A stretch of 64,000 nt of DNA from an uncultured delta proteobacterium (lineage in GTDB: Bacteria; Desulfobacterota; Binatia; UBA9968): positions 64,001-128,000 of the forward strand of contig CAVUZH010000013.1 in NCBI GenBank assembly GCA_963745835.1, written 5' to 3'. Of the stretch, positions 20,844 to 30,096 are shown piece by piece; position 1 is the stretch's first letter, and each line of letters opens with the position of its first letter. A program made the position numbers and the translations under genes. The notes below the pieces were generated by a model. The model saw nothing but the letters and a program-made list of their open reading frames with translations, was not told where the DNA came from and did not search any database.

Positions 20844-22058
20844 TCACTTGAGCAATCCTCGCACTGGCATCCAACGATCAAGTAACCCAACCCTTTTTTC
20901 ATCCGCCTCACGCCGGCTAGCTACAGCCGTGGAGAATGACTCGACCACTGCGTCTGCAAGCCCCGAATAGCTTCTGGCAATATCGGATCTGGGATCACAG
21001 TCTTGTATCGATAATCCCTGATTTACCGCGGCGATCGCTGTCGGGTAATTGTTCGGTAAAGTCCAAAATACCTTCGCTCCCAAAGCCTTCTCCGCGGATT
21101 CAAGACTCATAAGCTTGCTTTTGATAAATCGGTTTAAGACCAAGCGGATCTTCTTTTCGTAGATTCCCATTCTGCTAAAGAGCTCAAACGCTCGGTGGGC
21201 GCTTTTCAAGGAGGGAACGTCCATTTCGGTGACAAACAAGATCATGTTGGCTTTGTCCAAAACGAGCGCGAGACTTTCATCGAATTCCTTCGGCGTATCA
21301 ACCACGACAAAATCGAAAGATTGCGACAGAACCTCCAGAATCTCCTCAATATCAGCCGGTGTAATGCGCCGGGCATCCTCGGCGTAAAAAGGCTCGGCCA
21401 ATATCCGAATGCCGGATGCGTGTTTGACCAAAGAACCGTCAAGAAACATTGGATCGATTTTTTTGAGGTTCTTTACCAGATCTAGAATCGTGTACGAAGC
21501 TTCGAGATTCAAGAAACTAGTCACCGATCCAAACTGTAAGACTAGGTCCACCAAACACACCGACTTCTTATGAGCCACCAAGCAGGCCGCAAGATTGGTT
21601 GCCACTGTTGTTGATCCAACACCGCCTTTATTTGACGAGACAGCAACTATTTGGCCCCTCTCGACTGTCCGCGCCGTATGCACATCTACTTTATTTCTAA
21701 TGGCCTCTAGCGATTTAATTACCTCTGGCCAGTCAAACGGCTGTGTGAAAAACTCTTCTGCCCCCGATCGCATTGCACGCAGTATTTCATTTGGATTATG
21801 CGACGGGGATGTCATAACTAAGCGCACGTGCGGAAGTTTCGATTTCAATTCCGCCGCGACGGCATACGCGGTGTCGGGATCACGGCTCAGATCCATCACT
21901 GCAATTACAGGCCCGGTATAGCCCCGCAAACGTTCCAACGCATCGCCATGAGGACAGACTCTAGACTCTACGGCGTACGCCGCTTGCTTTTCTAGCTGTT
22001 GCCTGAGCGCGGCGAGCGTTTTGTTATCGTCTCCTATCAGACAAATCGGTAGCTTCAT
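20844..22058 (-). CDS. cpaE: CpaE/TadZ (receiver-like domain plus MinD-like ATPase)
   Basis: AMRSGAEEF, KGGVGSTTVATNLA, DLVLQFG. Confidence 0.9.
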   Translation of the reverse strand: MKLPICLIGDDNKTLAALRQQLEKQAAYAVESRVCPHGDALERLRGYTGPVIAVMDLSRDPDTAYAVAAELKSKLPHVRLVMTSPSHNPNEILRAMRSGAEEFFTQPFDWPEVIKSLEAIRNKVDVHTARTVERGQIVAVSSNKGGVGSTTVATNLAACLVAHKKSVCLVDLVLQFGSVTSFLNLEASYTILDLVKNLKKIDPMFLDGSLVKHASGIRILAEPFYAEDARRITPADIEEILEVLSQSFDFVVVDTPKEFDESLALVLDKANMILFVTEMDVPSLKSAHRAFELFSRMGIYEKKIRLVLNRFIKSKLMSLESAEKALGAKVFWTLPNNYPTAIAAVNQGLSIQDCDPRSDIARSYSGLADAVVESFSTAVASRREADEKRVGLLDRWMPVRGLLK

Positions 22059-22141
22059 GTTGTTCGTGATTGCGCTCGCTTATTCGCCGCAGTTTCCTTT
22101 TGTTCGGAATCCTTTGTATAAGCCTACGTAACTTTTAGATG

Positions 22142-23686
22142 CTAAGGAATGCTCGCGCCCGGCCTGACGGTTTTCGAGCGTTCCGCTCCACCCGGAACCG
22201 GCACCTGTCGAATGTCGGGGTCGTCGTATTTTTCGATCGACGGAAGTCGCGGCTTTTCACCGGGCTTCATTGTACCGACAACGCGCGGAGTAATAACGAA
22301 AACCAACTCGCTTTCCGAGTTTCTAAATCGCGTGCTACGAAACAAAGTTCCAAGAATGGGAATGTCTCCTAAGACGGGAAATTTTGTAATGTCTTTGAGA
22401 ATCCGGCGGTCGAGCAATCCTGCGATCACCAAGCTTTCACCTTCCTGTAGTTCGACCCGATTGACCGTCCGACGCACCTTCAACCCCGGAACTCCGTTAA
22501 CCGCTACCGATTGATCGATTTCGCTTACTTCCGGAAATATTCGGAGATCGATCCGGTCAGACCAAGTCAACGTCGGTACAAAATCCAACCTGACACCAAA
22601 CGGCTTGAACTCGACTTCGAACGTATCGCTAGAGACGCCGACGACCGGAAACTCTCCACCAGCCAGGAATCCACCGGTACGGCCATTTTTCATGACAAGG
22701 CGCGGTTGTGCCAGTATCTCGGTAACATCTTTGTTTTGGATCAGACGATACAAAGAAGTAAGGGCGAACGAGCCGTTTACGTATCGTAAAATACCAGTTG
22801 CCCCAGCGCCAAACGGAATCGTTCCGGTCCCCGCGCTGATGTCTGACCCGCCTGGCAACAGAGGGCCTGGAAAACCAGAACGATCTCCCAGAAAAGTCCC
22901 CGCGATCGGAACATTGCGCGAACTTGTAACCCAGTCGAAACCAATGTCCCGCAATTTACTTACCGCGACCTCTGCGACTATCACGTCCAGCTCAATCTGC
23001 CGAATCTCTTTGATTACGAGTAAATCGATGATTCCAGCGATGCTTCGTTTGTCACCCCATCTGTTCACGTCGTCTAGGGAAGATTCTTCATCGAACGCAA
23101 TCTGCCCACCGCCGGCAATGCCGAATCCAGTGACGTTAGGACGATTTTGCCGCCCGCCCCGGACATTAATATTGTTCGTTGTTCCTGCAGGAGCGACAGC
23201 AGCCGGTGGCTTAGGTGGGAGGTACGTCTGCACAATTTCCAGCACCTTGTCGTATACAACCTCATTGGAGACTTCACCCCTGAGGAGAACGGCAGGCCCT
23301 GATGTCGACACCTCAACCTTCTCGTTGGGAAGGACTACCCGAAGCTGGCTTCGTAAAGCGATAACATCCGGCACAACAATCAAATCGTAATTGGCAACTT
23401 CACCCTTTTCGTCGAAAACGATCAACGACGTGGTACCGACATTCTTTCCGTTGATCAGAAGTTGGCTGGGAGCAACGACAATTACGTCCGCCACTGCCGG
23501 CTGCGAAACCGAAACCCGCTTAGCTCTCTCAGCCAAGCGAAAGACCATCGATTTATTAACTGTGACTGAAATCGTCGGCGCTACCTGCTGCTGAGCGGCG
23601 CCTTCGAACAAAGGTACAAGTAACAAAGCAATAAGCGCTACCCTGAACCTGCCCGATCGCCGCCAAAGTGAAGAAATATATCTCAT
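22142..23686 (-). CDS. cpaC: Tad secretin CpaC/RcpA
   Basis: T2SS/T3SS pilus N-domain, FLAGGEFP, PVLGDIPILGTLFRS. Confidence 0.92.
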   Translation of the reverse strand: MRYISSLWRRSGRFRVALIALLLVPLFEGAAQQQVAPTISVTVNKSMVFRLAERAKRVSVSQPAVADVIVVAPSQLLINGKNVGTTSLIVFDEKGEVANYDLIVVPDVIALRSQLRVVLPNEKVEVSTSGPAVLLRGEVSNEVVYDKVLEIVQTYLPPKPPAAVAPAGTTNNINVRGGRQNRPNVTGFGIAGGGQIAFDEESSLDDVNRWGDKRSIAGIIDLLVIKEIRQIELDVIVAEVAVSKLRDIGFDWVTSSRNVPIAGTFLGDRSGFPGPLLPGGSDISAGTGTIPFGAGATGILRYVNGSFALTSLYRLIQNKDVTEILAQPRLVMKNGRTGGFLAGGEFPVVGVSSDTFEVEFKPFGVRLDFVPTLTWSDRIDLRIFPEVSEIDQSVAVNGVPGLKVRRTVNRVELQEGESLVIAGLLDRRILKDITKFPVLGDIPILGTLFRSTRFRNSESELVFVITPRVVGTMKPGEKPRLPSIEKYDDPDIRQVPVPGGAERSKTVRPGASIP

Positions 23687-23703
23687 GAGCCGTTCCCTTC
23701 CTG

Positions 23704-24543
23704 CTAGAATTCCACTACGTTTCTGTTGGTGCCGTGAATTACCTCGACCTTATACTTATCGGTTCCCTGTTGGACCACGGAACGCACTCGCGCAGTACCT
23801 ATTGTCTTTCGGACACCTAAAGCCAACAAATCGTTTTTGTTACTTCCGATGGTTTTTGGTTCGGCTTCGTCGCCCACTCCTCTGAGTGCCAATACAATAG
23901 GTCCTTCCTGATAGGCCAGCGAGAGTTTTTCAGCTTCTTCAGGACTCACCTCGAGAGTGATCGACCGCGCCACCTGCGGCTTGCCATCTTTCTGCTCGGT
24001 GCTTTGTGCAACGGAGAGGACACGCTTATTCTGAAGAACAATTTTTGAAAGTCTCGCATCCTTATTATCAGCAGTTCCAGGAGGTGTCGTCGTAACTATG
24101 ACGTCCACACGGTCATCCGGCACAATAAACCCGCTCACCCCGATGATTTCATCGACTCGAACGGCCATGGCTCGCTTACCCGGCTCCAAACGAACAGTTA
24201 ATCCGGCACCCTCACCGGATAATCGAGATTCCAGAATCGGCTCATTGGCCATAATTTTTACTCGATTGACCTTTCCGATCACCTCTTTGGGAGTTCCAAA
24301 CGCGCCGGCCGGGACCGAAGCCTTCGGCCATTTGATGGCTCGCACTGTGCCATCCTTCAACATTGCCTCGGCGATTGTGCTCCCTGCTGGGATATCCTTC
24401 GCCGCGATCACAACGTCCTGCGTTTGAGTTCGCAGCGCCTCAGCCGCCTGCCGTTGTTGGCGCAGGAAGTTAAATATTCCATATGCGGCAATGAGTCCGA
24501 AAAAGACGGCGACAACTAGTGCAATTTTGAGCCTATTTTGCAT
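23704..24543 (-). CDS. cpaB: Flp pilus assembly protein CpaB/RcpC
   Basis: SAF domain (VVIAAKDIPAG), GKRAMAVRVD, GVSGFIVPDDRVDV. Confidence 0.92.
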   Translation of the reverse strand: MQNRLKIALVVAVFFGLIAAYGIFNFLRQQRQAAEALRTQTQDVVIAAKDIPAGSTIAEAMLKDGTVRAIKWPKASVPAGAFGTPKEVIGKVNRVKIMANEPILESRLSGEGAGLTVRLEPGKRAMAVRVDEIIGVSGFIVPDDRVDVIVTTTPPGTADNKDARLSKIVLQNKRVLSVAQSTEQKDGKPQVARSITLEVSPEEAEKLSLAYQEGPIVLALRGVGDEAEPKTIGSNKNDLLALGVRKTIGTARVRSVVQQGTDKYKVEVIHGTNRNVVEF

Positions 24544-24625
24544 ACAGTTTCCTTTTTTGTAAGGTTAAAATTTCTCATCTCAAGGGGAAGTCTTACCGTT
24601 AGTTCCGCAATTTACTTGGTTAGTA

Positions 24626-25162
24626 CTAAAAGCCCGCCCACGTCCCCGACGGGTCGAGATAATATGCCATTATTGTACCAGCACCGATTGCGACACCCCA
24701 CGGCACCGAGTACCGACCGGAGTTGACGGCCGTACTATTCAGGAGGCCGATTCGCAAAGACAAAAACATAAACTTACAATCGGTCCAAAAATGCTTGAAA
24801 GAGATTTGCCGGACCTGGCCCAAAGCCATAGCTATTAAAGCTATAACGCCAGCAACAATGCACGAATAGAAGAAAATCCGTGGCAGTGTTTTGTAACCCA
24901 AAAGAGCGCCTACAGCGGCAAAGAATTTAACGTCGCCGGCTCCCATCCATCCGAAGGCAAAGGGAATCATCAAAGCCAAAATACCAGCGACAAATCCGGT
25001 GACGCTAAAAATGAATTGCGTGCTACTCTGGAATGCTCCGAGAAGGACTCCAACGATGAGCGCGAACAGAATTATCCAGTTCGGGATTCGTCGCTCTTTA
25101 ATGTCAAAAAATGCTGCGCCACCGATGACGGCAAACAATGTAAAATCTAGAACTAAATCCAC
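24626..25162 (-). CDS. cpaA: Prepilin peptidase A24 (TadV/CpaA)
   Basis: D...RRIPN, MGAGDVK, VPWGVAI. Confidence 0.9.
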   Translation of the reverse strand: MDLVLDFTLFAVIGGAAFFDIKERRIPNWIILFALIVGVLLGAFQSSTQFIFSVTGFVAGILALMIPFAFGWMGAGDVKFFAAVGALLGYKTLPRIFFYSCIVAGVIALIAMALGQVRQISFKHFWTDCKFMFLSLRIGLLNSTAVNSGRYSVPWGVAIGAGTIMAYYLDPSGTWAGF

Positions 25163-25220
25163 GGCGATCTTTAAAGAGAACTAGAAGATGATCCGATTTG
25201 CTGGGTTATATTCGCGAAAC

Positions 25221-25262
25221 GTGAGCTTGGGGTGGAAAAGGCTCTGTCCACCCCAAGCTCAC
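25221..25262 (-). terminator. 16-bp hairpin between flp and cpaA (terminator/attenuator or mRNA stabiliser)
   Basis: GTGAGCTTGGGGTGGA-10 nt-TCCACCCCAAGCTCAC. Confidence 0.7.
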
Positions 25263-25282
25263 ACTGAAAAGGCGGTTCGATA

Positions 25283-25477
25283 TCATGACCCGCCGCAAGC
25301 TGTGGGATCTGCGAGACAGGTTGAAACATCGCCCCACGAATCGGTAAGCTGATTGCCAATGTTCGTTGATTTAACGGCAACCCAGAAGACCAATGCTACC
25401 AAAAGAACGATTAAGGTGTATTCGACCAAGCCTTGACCTTCCTCTTCGACGACTAAGCGTTTAAACAAGTTTATCAT
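25283..25477 (-). CDS. flp: Flp (type IVc) major pilin
   Basis: EEGQGLVEY prepilin motif, hydrophobic helix, AAGGGGGTGA-like RBS. Confidence 0.92.
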   Translation of the reverse strand: MINLFKRLVVEEEGQGLVEYTLIVLLVALVFWVAVKSTNIGNQLTDSWGDVSTCLADPTACGGS

Positions 25478-25534
25478 TATTATTCACCCCCTTCCTTTTT
25501 AGTATCGTAGCAATCGAAACTGTAACCGCGAGGG

Positions 25535-25550
25535 AGCAGAGTTCATGCCA
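25535..25550 (-). promoter_or_regulatory. Sigma-54 (-24/-12) promoter of the flp-tad operon
   Basis: Minus strand TGGCATGAACTCTGCT (GG-N10-GC), about 60 nt upstream of flp. Confidence 0.75.
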
Positions 25551-25898
25551 GATATTAATGAGCTGTTTCTTCCTGTACTTGCGCTTGTTGATACAGATAT
25601 GCTCGATTTCGTTTTGACACTGCTGTCATTTTCAAAAGCTTAACTGTCACAAGGACGATGACAAACCCCAAATGCGCCCTTTACTTTTGGTATCTTTAAA
25701 GAAAACTGATAGCATCTACATTTCGTATCAGCGCCCGGCCGAGCAAGTCTCTGTCCAGTTGCGACACCTAACTGGGGGGACCAGGTATGAGTTTTGCGTG
25801 GAGATTTCTTGTCACTGCTTGACATTGCTCGACTCGTGAGGCCGAGCGATCGCAGCAGCACTCGAGATTAAACGTTCTCGTATTCGACCGGAATTCTA

Positions 25899-26849
25899 AT
25901 GGAAAATACTGAAAGTAAATCCCAATTATCGATCCTAATTATCGAAGATCATCCGGACCAGCGAGATCTTCTAGCCATCGTCCTTCAAAGAGAGGGCTAC
26001 AAAGTGGTGACCGCCGCTAACGGTGTCGAAGCTCTGGCCAAATTGGAGCAGGAGGAAGTTCAGATCGCGCTTTCCGACATCATGATGCCAAAGATGGACG
26101 GATTTGAACTAATCAATAGGATCCGGAGCAATTCTGCACTAAGGCACATCTATATCATTCTAATCACTGCTCGCATTCAGGAGGGCGACCGTGTGCGCGG
26201 CCTTGATCTCGGCGCGGATGATTACATAACTAAACCTTTTTCATTCTCCGAACTGCTGGCGCGAGTGCGTGTCGGCTCCCGAGTTGTGCAGTATCAACAG
26301 CATCTTGAATACCAAACTCAGATCGACTCGCTTACCGGGCTGTTTAATCGCAGAGCTTTCGAGAAGAAGATACTCGAGGAGTTCGAACGATCCAAACGCT
26401 ATGAACATCCATTATCGGTGATAATGCTCGACATCGATAACTTCAAGAAGATCAATGACACGTACGGCCATCACGGCGGAGATGCCGCCCTGGTAAAGAT
26501 TTCAGAAATTTTGCGTGACAAAAGCCGCCGTAGTGACTTTCCCTCGCGATTTGGCGGGGAAGAGTTTGTTCTGGTCCTTCCGGAAACAGATCAAGACAGC
26601 GCTATCCAAGTAGCGAGGAAATTTCACGAGGAGATTAGAACTTGCACCTTCGGCACCGCCGATAAACCTTTCTCGTTAACCGTGAGCATGGGACTCACTT
26701 CAACCAACAAAAAGCAGTATTCAGATTGGCGCCAAATGATCGACGATGCTGACTCCGCTTTATATCAGGCAAAAAATAGCGGCAAGGATCGCATCGAGAT
26801 TTGTTTACCGAACGAGCACCACAAAGTTCGTCACGCCGCTGCGCATTAA
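25899..26849 (+). CDS. Response-regulator diguanylate cyclase (REC-GGDEF)
   Basis: IIEDH, SDIMMP, KPF; intact GGEEF with an RxxD I-site (RRSD). Confidence 0.93.
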   Translation: MENTESKSQLSILIIEDHPDQRDLLAIVLQREGYKVVTAANGVEALAKLEQEEVQIALSDIMMPKMDGFELINRIRSNSALRHIYIILITARIQEGDRVRGLDLGADDYITKPFSFSELLARVRVGSRVVQYQQHLEYQTQIDSLTGLFNRRAFEKKILEEFERSKRYEHPLSVIMLDIDNFKKINDTYGHHGGDAALVKISEILRDKSRRSDFPSRFGGEEFVLVLPETDQDSAIQVARKFHEEIRTCTFGTADKPFSLTVSMGLTSTNKKQYSDWRQMIDDADSALYQAKNSGKDRIEICLPNEHHKVRHAAAH

Positions 26850-26855
26850 CAGCCG

Positions 26856-28082
26856 ATGCGATTCCGCCATTTACTGACCGTCATTCTTGTCCTCTCGTGT
26901 ACTTTAGCCTGGTGGTACTTGCTTGTGCCACAGAGCCAAATACTTTCCTCGCGCTCGACCGTGAGTCCGCTCTCAGTTGGTTTGCGATTTACCGCGGGAA
27001 TAGTAGAAACACGGTTAGCTCCTCCGTTAAGGGCGGAATTTACCGAAGCTATTGGAAATAATCTTATTTATATTTCGCGACTCGTGAGTGCCGACAAAGA
27101 ATTAATCATTTACGCCGGTGCCGCATTTTTTGGTTTGTTCATGATGGTTCTGGCACTGAAGAATCCGAATCCGGCCCGCCCTCGAACAGCAGATGCAATG
27201 CTTGCCCTGCTAAAAGAGGAGAAGGAGAAGGCTGAGAATCTCGCGCGATTGAAATCGGAATTCCTGAACCAGGTTTCGCACGAATTGCGTACTCCCCTTG
27301 CCGTAATAATTGGGTACATCGAATGCCTCACCGATGGACTGTATGGGCAGGTCGAGAATAGACACCATGATATTCTGCAAATCGTCGCAAAGCAGTCGAC
27401 TCATCTGAAAAATATGATAGATCAGATCCTCATCTATTCGCGCCTAGAAGCCAGCAAACAGCCGCTTCGCATTGAAGAATTTAGCCCAGTGAACGTTCTA
27501 CTCGATCTGCGGGATACCTTTGACTTTCTTTGCGCTCAAAAGGGGCTGCAGCTGAAGTGGGAGCTTCCGCGAACGGCGCCAGGAATGAAAAATGATCCTC
27601 AAAGATTTAAGGAGATCGCTAGTAACCTCTTGCAGAATGCAGTGAAGTATACGGATCAGGGGCTGATTGTTGTGATGCTCCATGACTCCAAGATGCCGGA
27701 TACCATTATTTTGGAAGTAAGCGATACGGGTGTCGGCATACCGGCGAACGCGCTCAGCAGTGTATTTGACCCGTTCATCCAAGTTCACAAAACTTCCACT
27801 GAACACTCCCGTGGAGGGATCGGGTTGGGGCTCAGCATCGTCAAGAAACACATCGAGCAAATGAATGGAAAGATTGCTGTCGAAAGCGAACTCGGGAAAG
27901 GATCTAAATTTAAGATTACGTTTCCTCGGAACTACCAGAATCGCAGACAACGCAGATATAAGTTCTTATCAATGCTAATGCTTCCCTTCTCAAAAGCGAG
28001 GCCCACTGGTTTGTTCTTGCACAACACTTCAGCAAGCATGAGTGAACCGGCAAAACAAGCACGCGATTTGCCAATCGTTTGA
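26856..28082 (+). CDS. Membrane sensor histidine kinase
   Basis: Two TM segments; SHELRTPL H-box, NAVKYT, DTGVGI, GIGLGL. Confidence 0.92.
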   Translation: MRFRHLLTVILVLSCTLAWWYLLVPQSQILSSRSTVSPLSVGLRFTAGIVETRLAPPLRAEFTEAIGNNLIYISRLVSADKELIIYAGAAFFGLFMMVLALKNPNPARPRTADAMLALLKEEKEKAENLARLKSEFLNQVSHELRTPLAVIIGYIECLTDGLYGQVENRHHDILQIVAKQSTHLKNMIDQILIYSRLEASKQPLRIEEFSPVNVLLDLRDTFDFLCAQKGLQLKWELPRTAPGMKNDPQRFKEIASNLLQNAVKYTDQGLIVVMLHDSKMPDTIILEVSDTGVGIPANALSSVFDPFIQVHKTSTEHSRGGIGLGLSIVKKHIEQMNGKIAVESELGKGSKFKITFPRNYQNRRQRRYKFLSMLMLPFSKARPTGLFLHNTSASMSEPAKQARDLPIV

Positions 28083-28166
28083 TGCTGCCCCTGCCGATAA
28101 GCCAACAGCGACAGTTTTCATCACGCAGTCTCTTGTGCTTTCAACCCAAAGGATGACTGTGCTCTT

Positions 28167-29687
28167 GTGAAGCAGTGGAATTTGCTGCCATCCCCGGCAG
28201 AAATAGTCTTTATTTCCATTTTTTTGAGGCTCGTATTCAACCCCGGGATATTGCTAAGTGACGGCGATACCGGATATCACATACGTGCCGGTGAAATTAT
28301 TATACAGACTCATGCCGTTCCAAAAACCGATATCTTTTCTCTTTGGACGCCTCCCCTTAGCTGGACGGCTCACGAGTGGTTATCTGAAGTACTTATGGCG
28401 CTAGTCCACCAACATGCCGGGCTCCTAGGAGTTGTTGTTCTTTTCTCGTTAACCATAGCGATGACCAATGTCCTTCTATTTAAGATGTTGCGAGGCGATA
28501 GTGAGGACGTTCTGATGCCACTACTCCTTACACTGGTGGCCGCAACTACCTCTTCCATACATTGGCTCGCCCGACCTCACATCTTTTCTCTTATGCTAAC
28601 CGTGATTTGGTATTCGGTCCTAAATCGATTTCACTATCGAGGTAAGAACCAGCTCTTTGTCCTACCCTTTCTTATGCTCTTATGGGTGAATTTGCATGGC
28701 GGATTTATCTTTGGGTTGATGCTCCTCCTAGTCTACTTTTTGGGAAATTTGGCAGCTTTATACTTCAGTGAAAAAAGCGAAGCACAGGAACATCTTTCCA
28801 AATTAAAATCTATTGTGATAATTTTTGCAGCTTGCCTGTTGGCATCATTGTGCAATCCGCAAGGCTATCGCATCCTCATTTTTCCCTTTGCTTTGGCATC
28901 TGATCCGTTTTTAATGAACAATGTTCGTGAGTTTCTGTCACCGAATTTTCACCAGCCAATAGCATTTAAATATCTACTACTATCAACCATTGCATTGTTT
29001 GCCTTTTCACGCGTCGCTTTGAATTGGATTGAAGTTGGACTCGTTATCCTAACCACGTATATGGCGCTGTATTCAGCGAGATACATACCGCTTTACGCAA
29101 TCATAACCGCACCAATTTTATTTCGGCTAGTAGATCGACTAAAACACGACCTTCCACTAAATGCCATGAAGTGGCTAGATCGCCGGTCGGCGAGTTTTAG
29201 ACTGATCGATCGAGGAAGCATAGGGTGCCTCTGGCTAACTGCAACGATCCTCGTTGTGCTCACACTCGCATACATGAGCAGACTTCATGCGGAGTTTGAC
29301 GATAAACTTTTTCCGAAAAAAGCTGTGGACTTTATACTGGCGGAAAATATTTCCGGCAATATTTTCAACAACGAGGAGTTCGGAGATTACATAATTTATA
29401 AAGCCTGGCCTAAGTACAGGGTATTTTTCGACGGCCGATCGGATATGTATGGTGCGATCTTAGGAGGTGAATACCTTAAAGTAGCCCGCACGCTTCCTGG
29501 ATGGCAAGATGTACTCCAAAACCGCCAAGTGAATTGGGTGTTTTTTAATACTAACTCCACGCTTTCATCGGTGCTCAGCATGAATCCTGATTGGCAATTA
29601 ATATACTCAGATCCGGTCGCAAGAATTTTCGTCCGAGATAAACCCGAATATCAACATCTTATTGCTAAGTATAGTTCTAAATTGTGA
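28167..29687 (+). CDS. Polytopic membrane protein, probable GT-C-fold glycosyltransferase
   Basis: Multiple TM segments; first-loop DGDTGYH...DIFS...HEWLSE, RPHIFS, WVNLHGGF; soluble C-terminal FFDGRSDMY domain. Confidence 0.6.
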   Translation: MKQWNLLPSPAEIVFISIFLRLVFNPGILLSDGDTGYHIRAGEIIIQTHAVPKTDIFSLWTPPLSWTAHEWLSEVLMALVHQHAGLLGVVVLFSLTIAMTNVLLFKMLRGDSEDVLMPLLLTLVAATTSSIHWLARPHIFSLMLTVIWYSVLNRFHYRGKNQLFVLPFLMLLWVNLHGGFIFGLMLLLVYFLGNLAALYFSEKSEAQEHLSKLKSIVIIFAACLLASLCNPQGYRILIFPFALASDPFLMNNVREFLSPNFHQPIAFKYLLLSTIALFAFSRVALNWIEVGLVILTTYMALYSARYIPLYAIITAPILFRLVDRLKHDLPLNAMKWLDRRSASFRLIDRGSIGCLWLTATILVVLTLAYMSRLHAEFDDKLFPKKAVDFILAENISGNIFNNEEFGDYIIYKAWPKYRVFFDGRSDMYGAILGGEYLKVARTLPGWQDVLQNRQVNWVFFNTNSTLSSVLSMNPDWQLIYSDPVARIFVRDKPEYQHLIAKYSSKL

Positions 29688-29990
29688 CTCGCTGTCTACC
29701 GAAGGGTGCACAGGTTAATCGACCAAAACTAATTACGATTTGCCCGTCAGATAGTAAGATACTTAAGAACTTCAAATACACTATCAAACGACCAGGGTGA
29801 ATACATTTTTGTCCGGAGTGCCACAGATTGTTCTGAGTCGCCAGGTGACCTTTGACGCTTAACATTGCAACTCGACAGTACAAACGACGTTAAAGGTGCG
29901 AAATGGGTTGTTCCTATGACGATATAGGTCAAACAGTATAGTGCCCAACAAGAACTAGATATGGAACCATTGTCTATAAGTGTAACATCA

Positions 29991-30005
29991 TGGCATGCAC
30001 TTTGC
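29991..30005 (+). promoter_or_regulatory. Sigma-54 promoter upstream of the EAL gene
   Basis: TGGCATGCACTTTGC, a near-consensus TGGCAC-N5-TTGC. Confidence 0.75.
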
Positions 30006-30096
30006 GTTTAGCAAAATATGAATAACCGCCGACTGTATACAACCATGCCAATCGATAAAACGTTATCTGCAGATAGCTAGCCGCAAGAGATCAATT

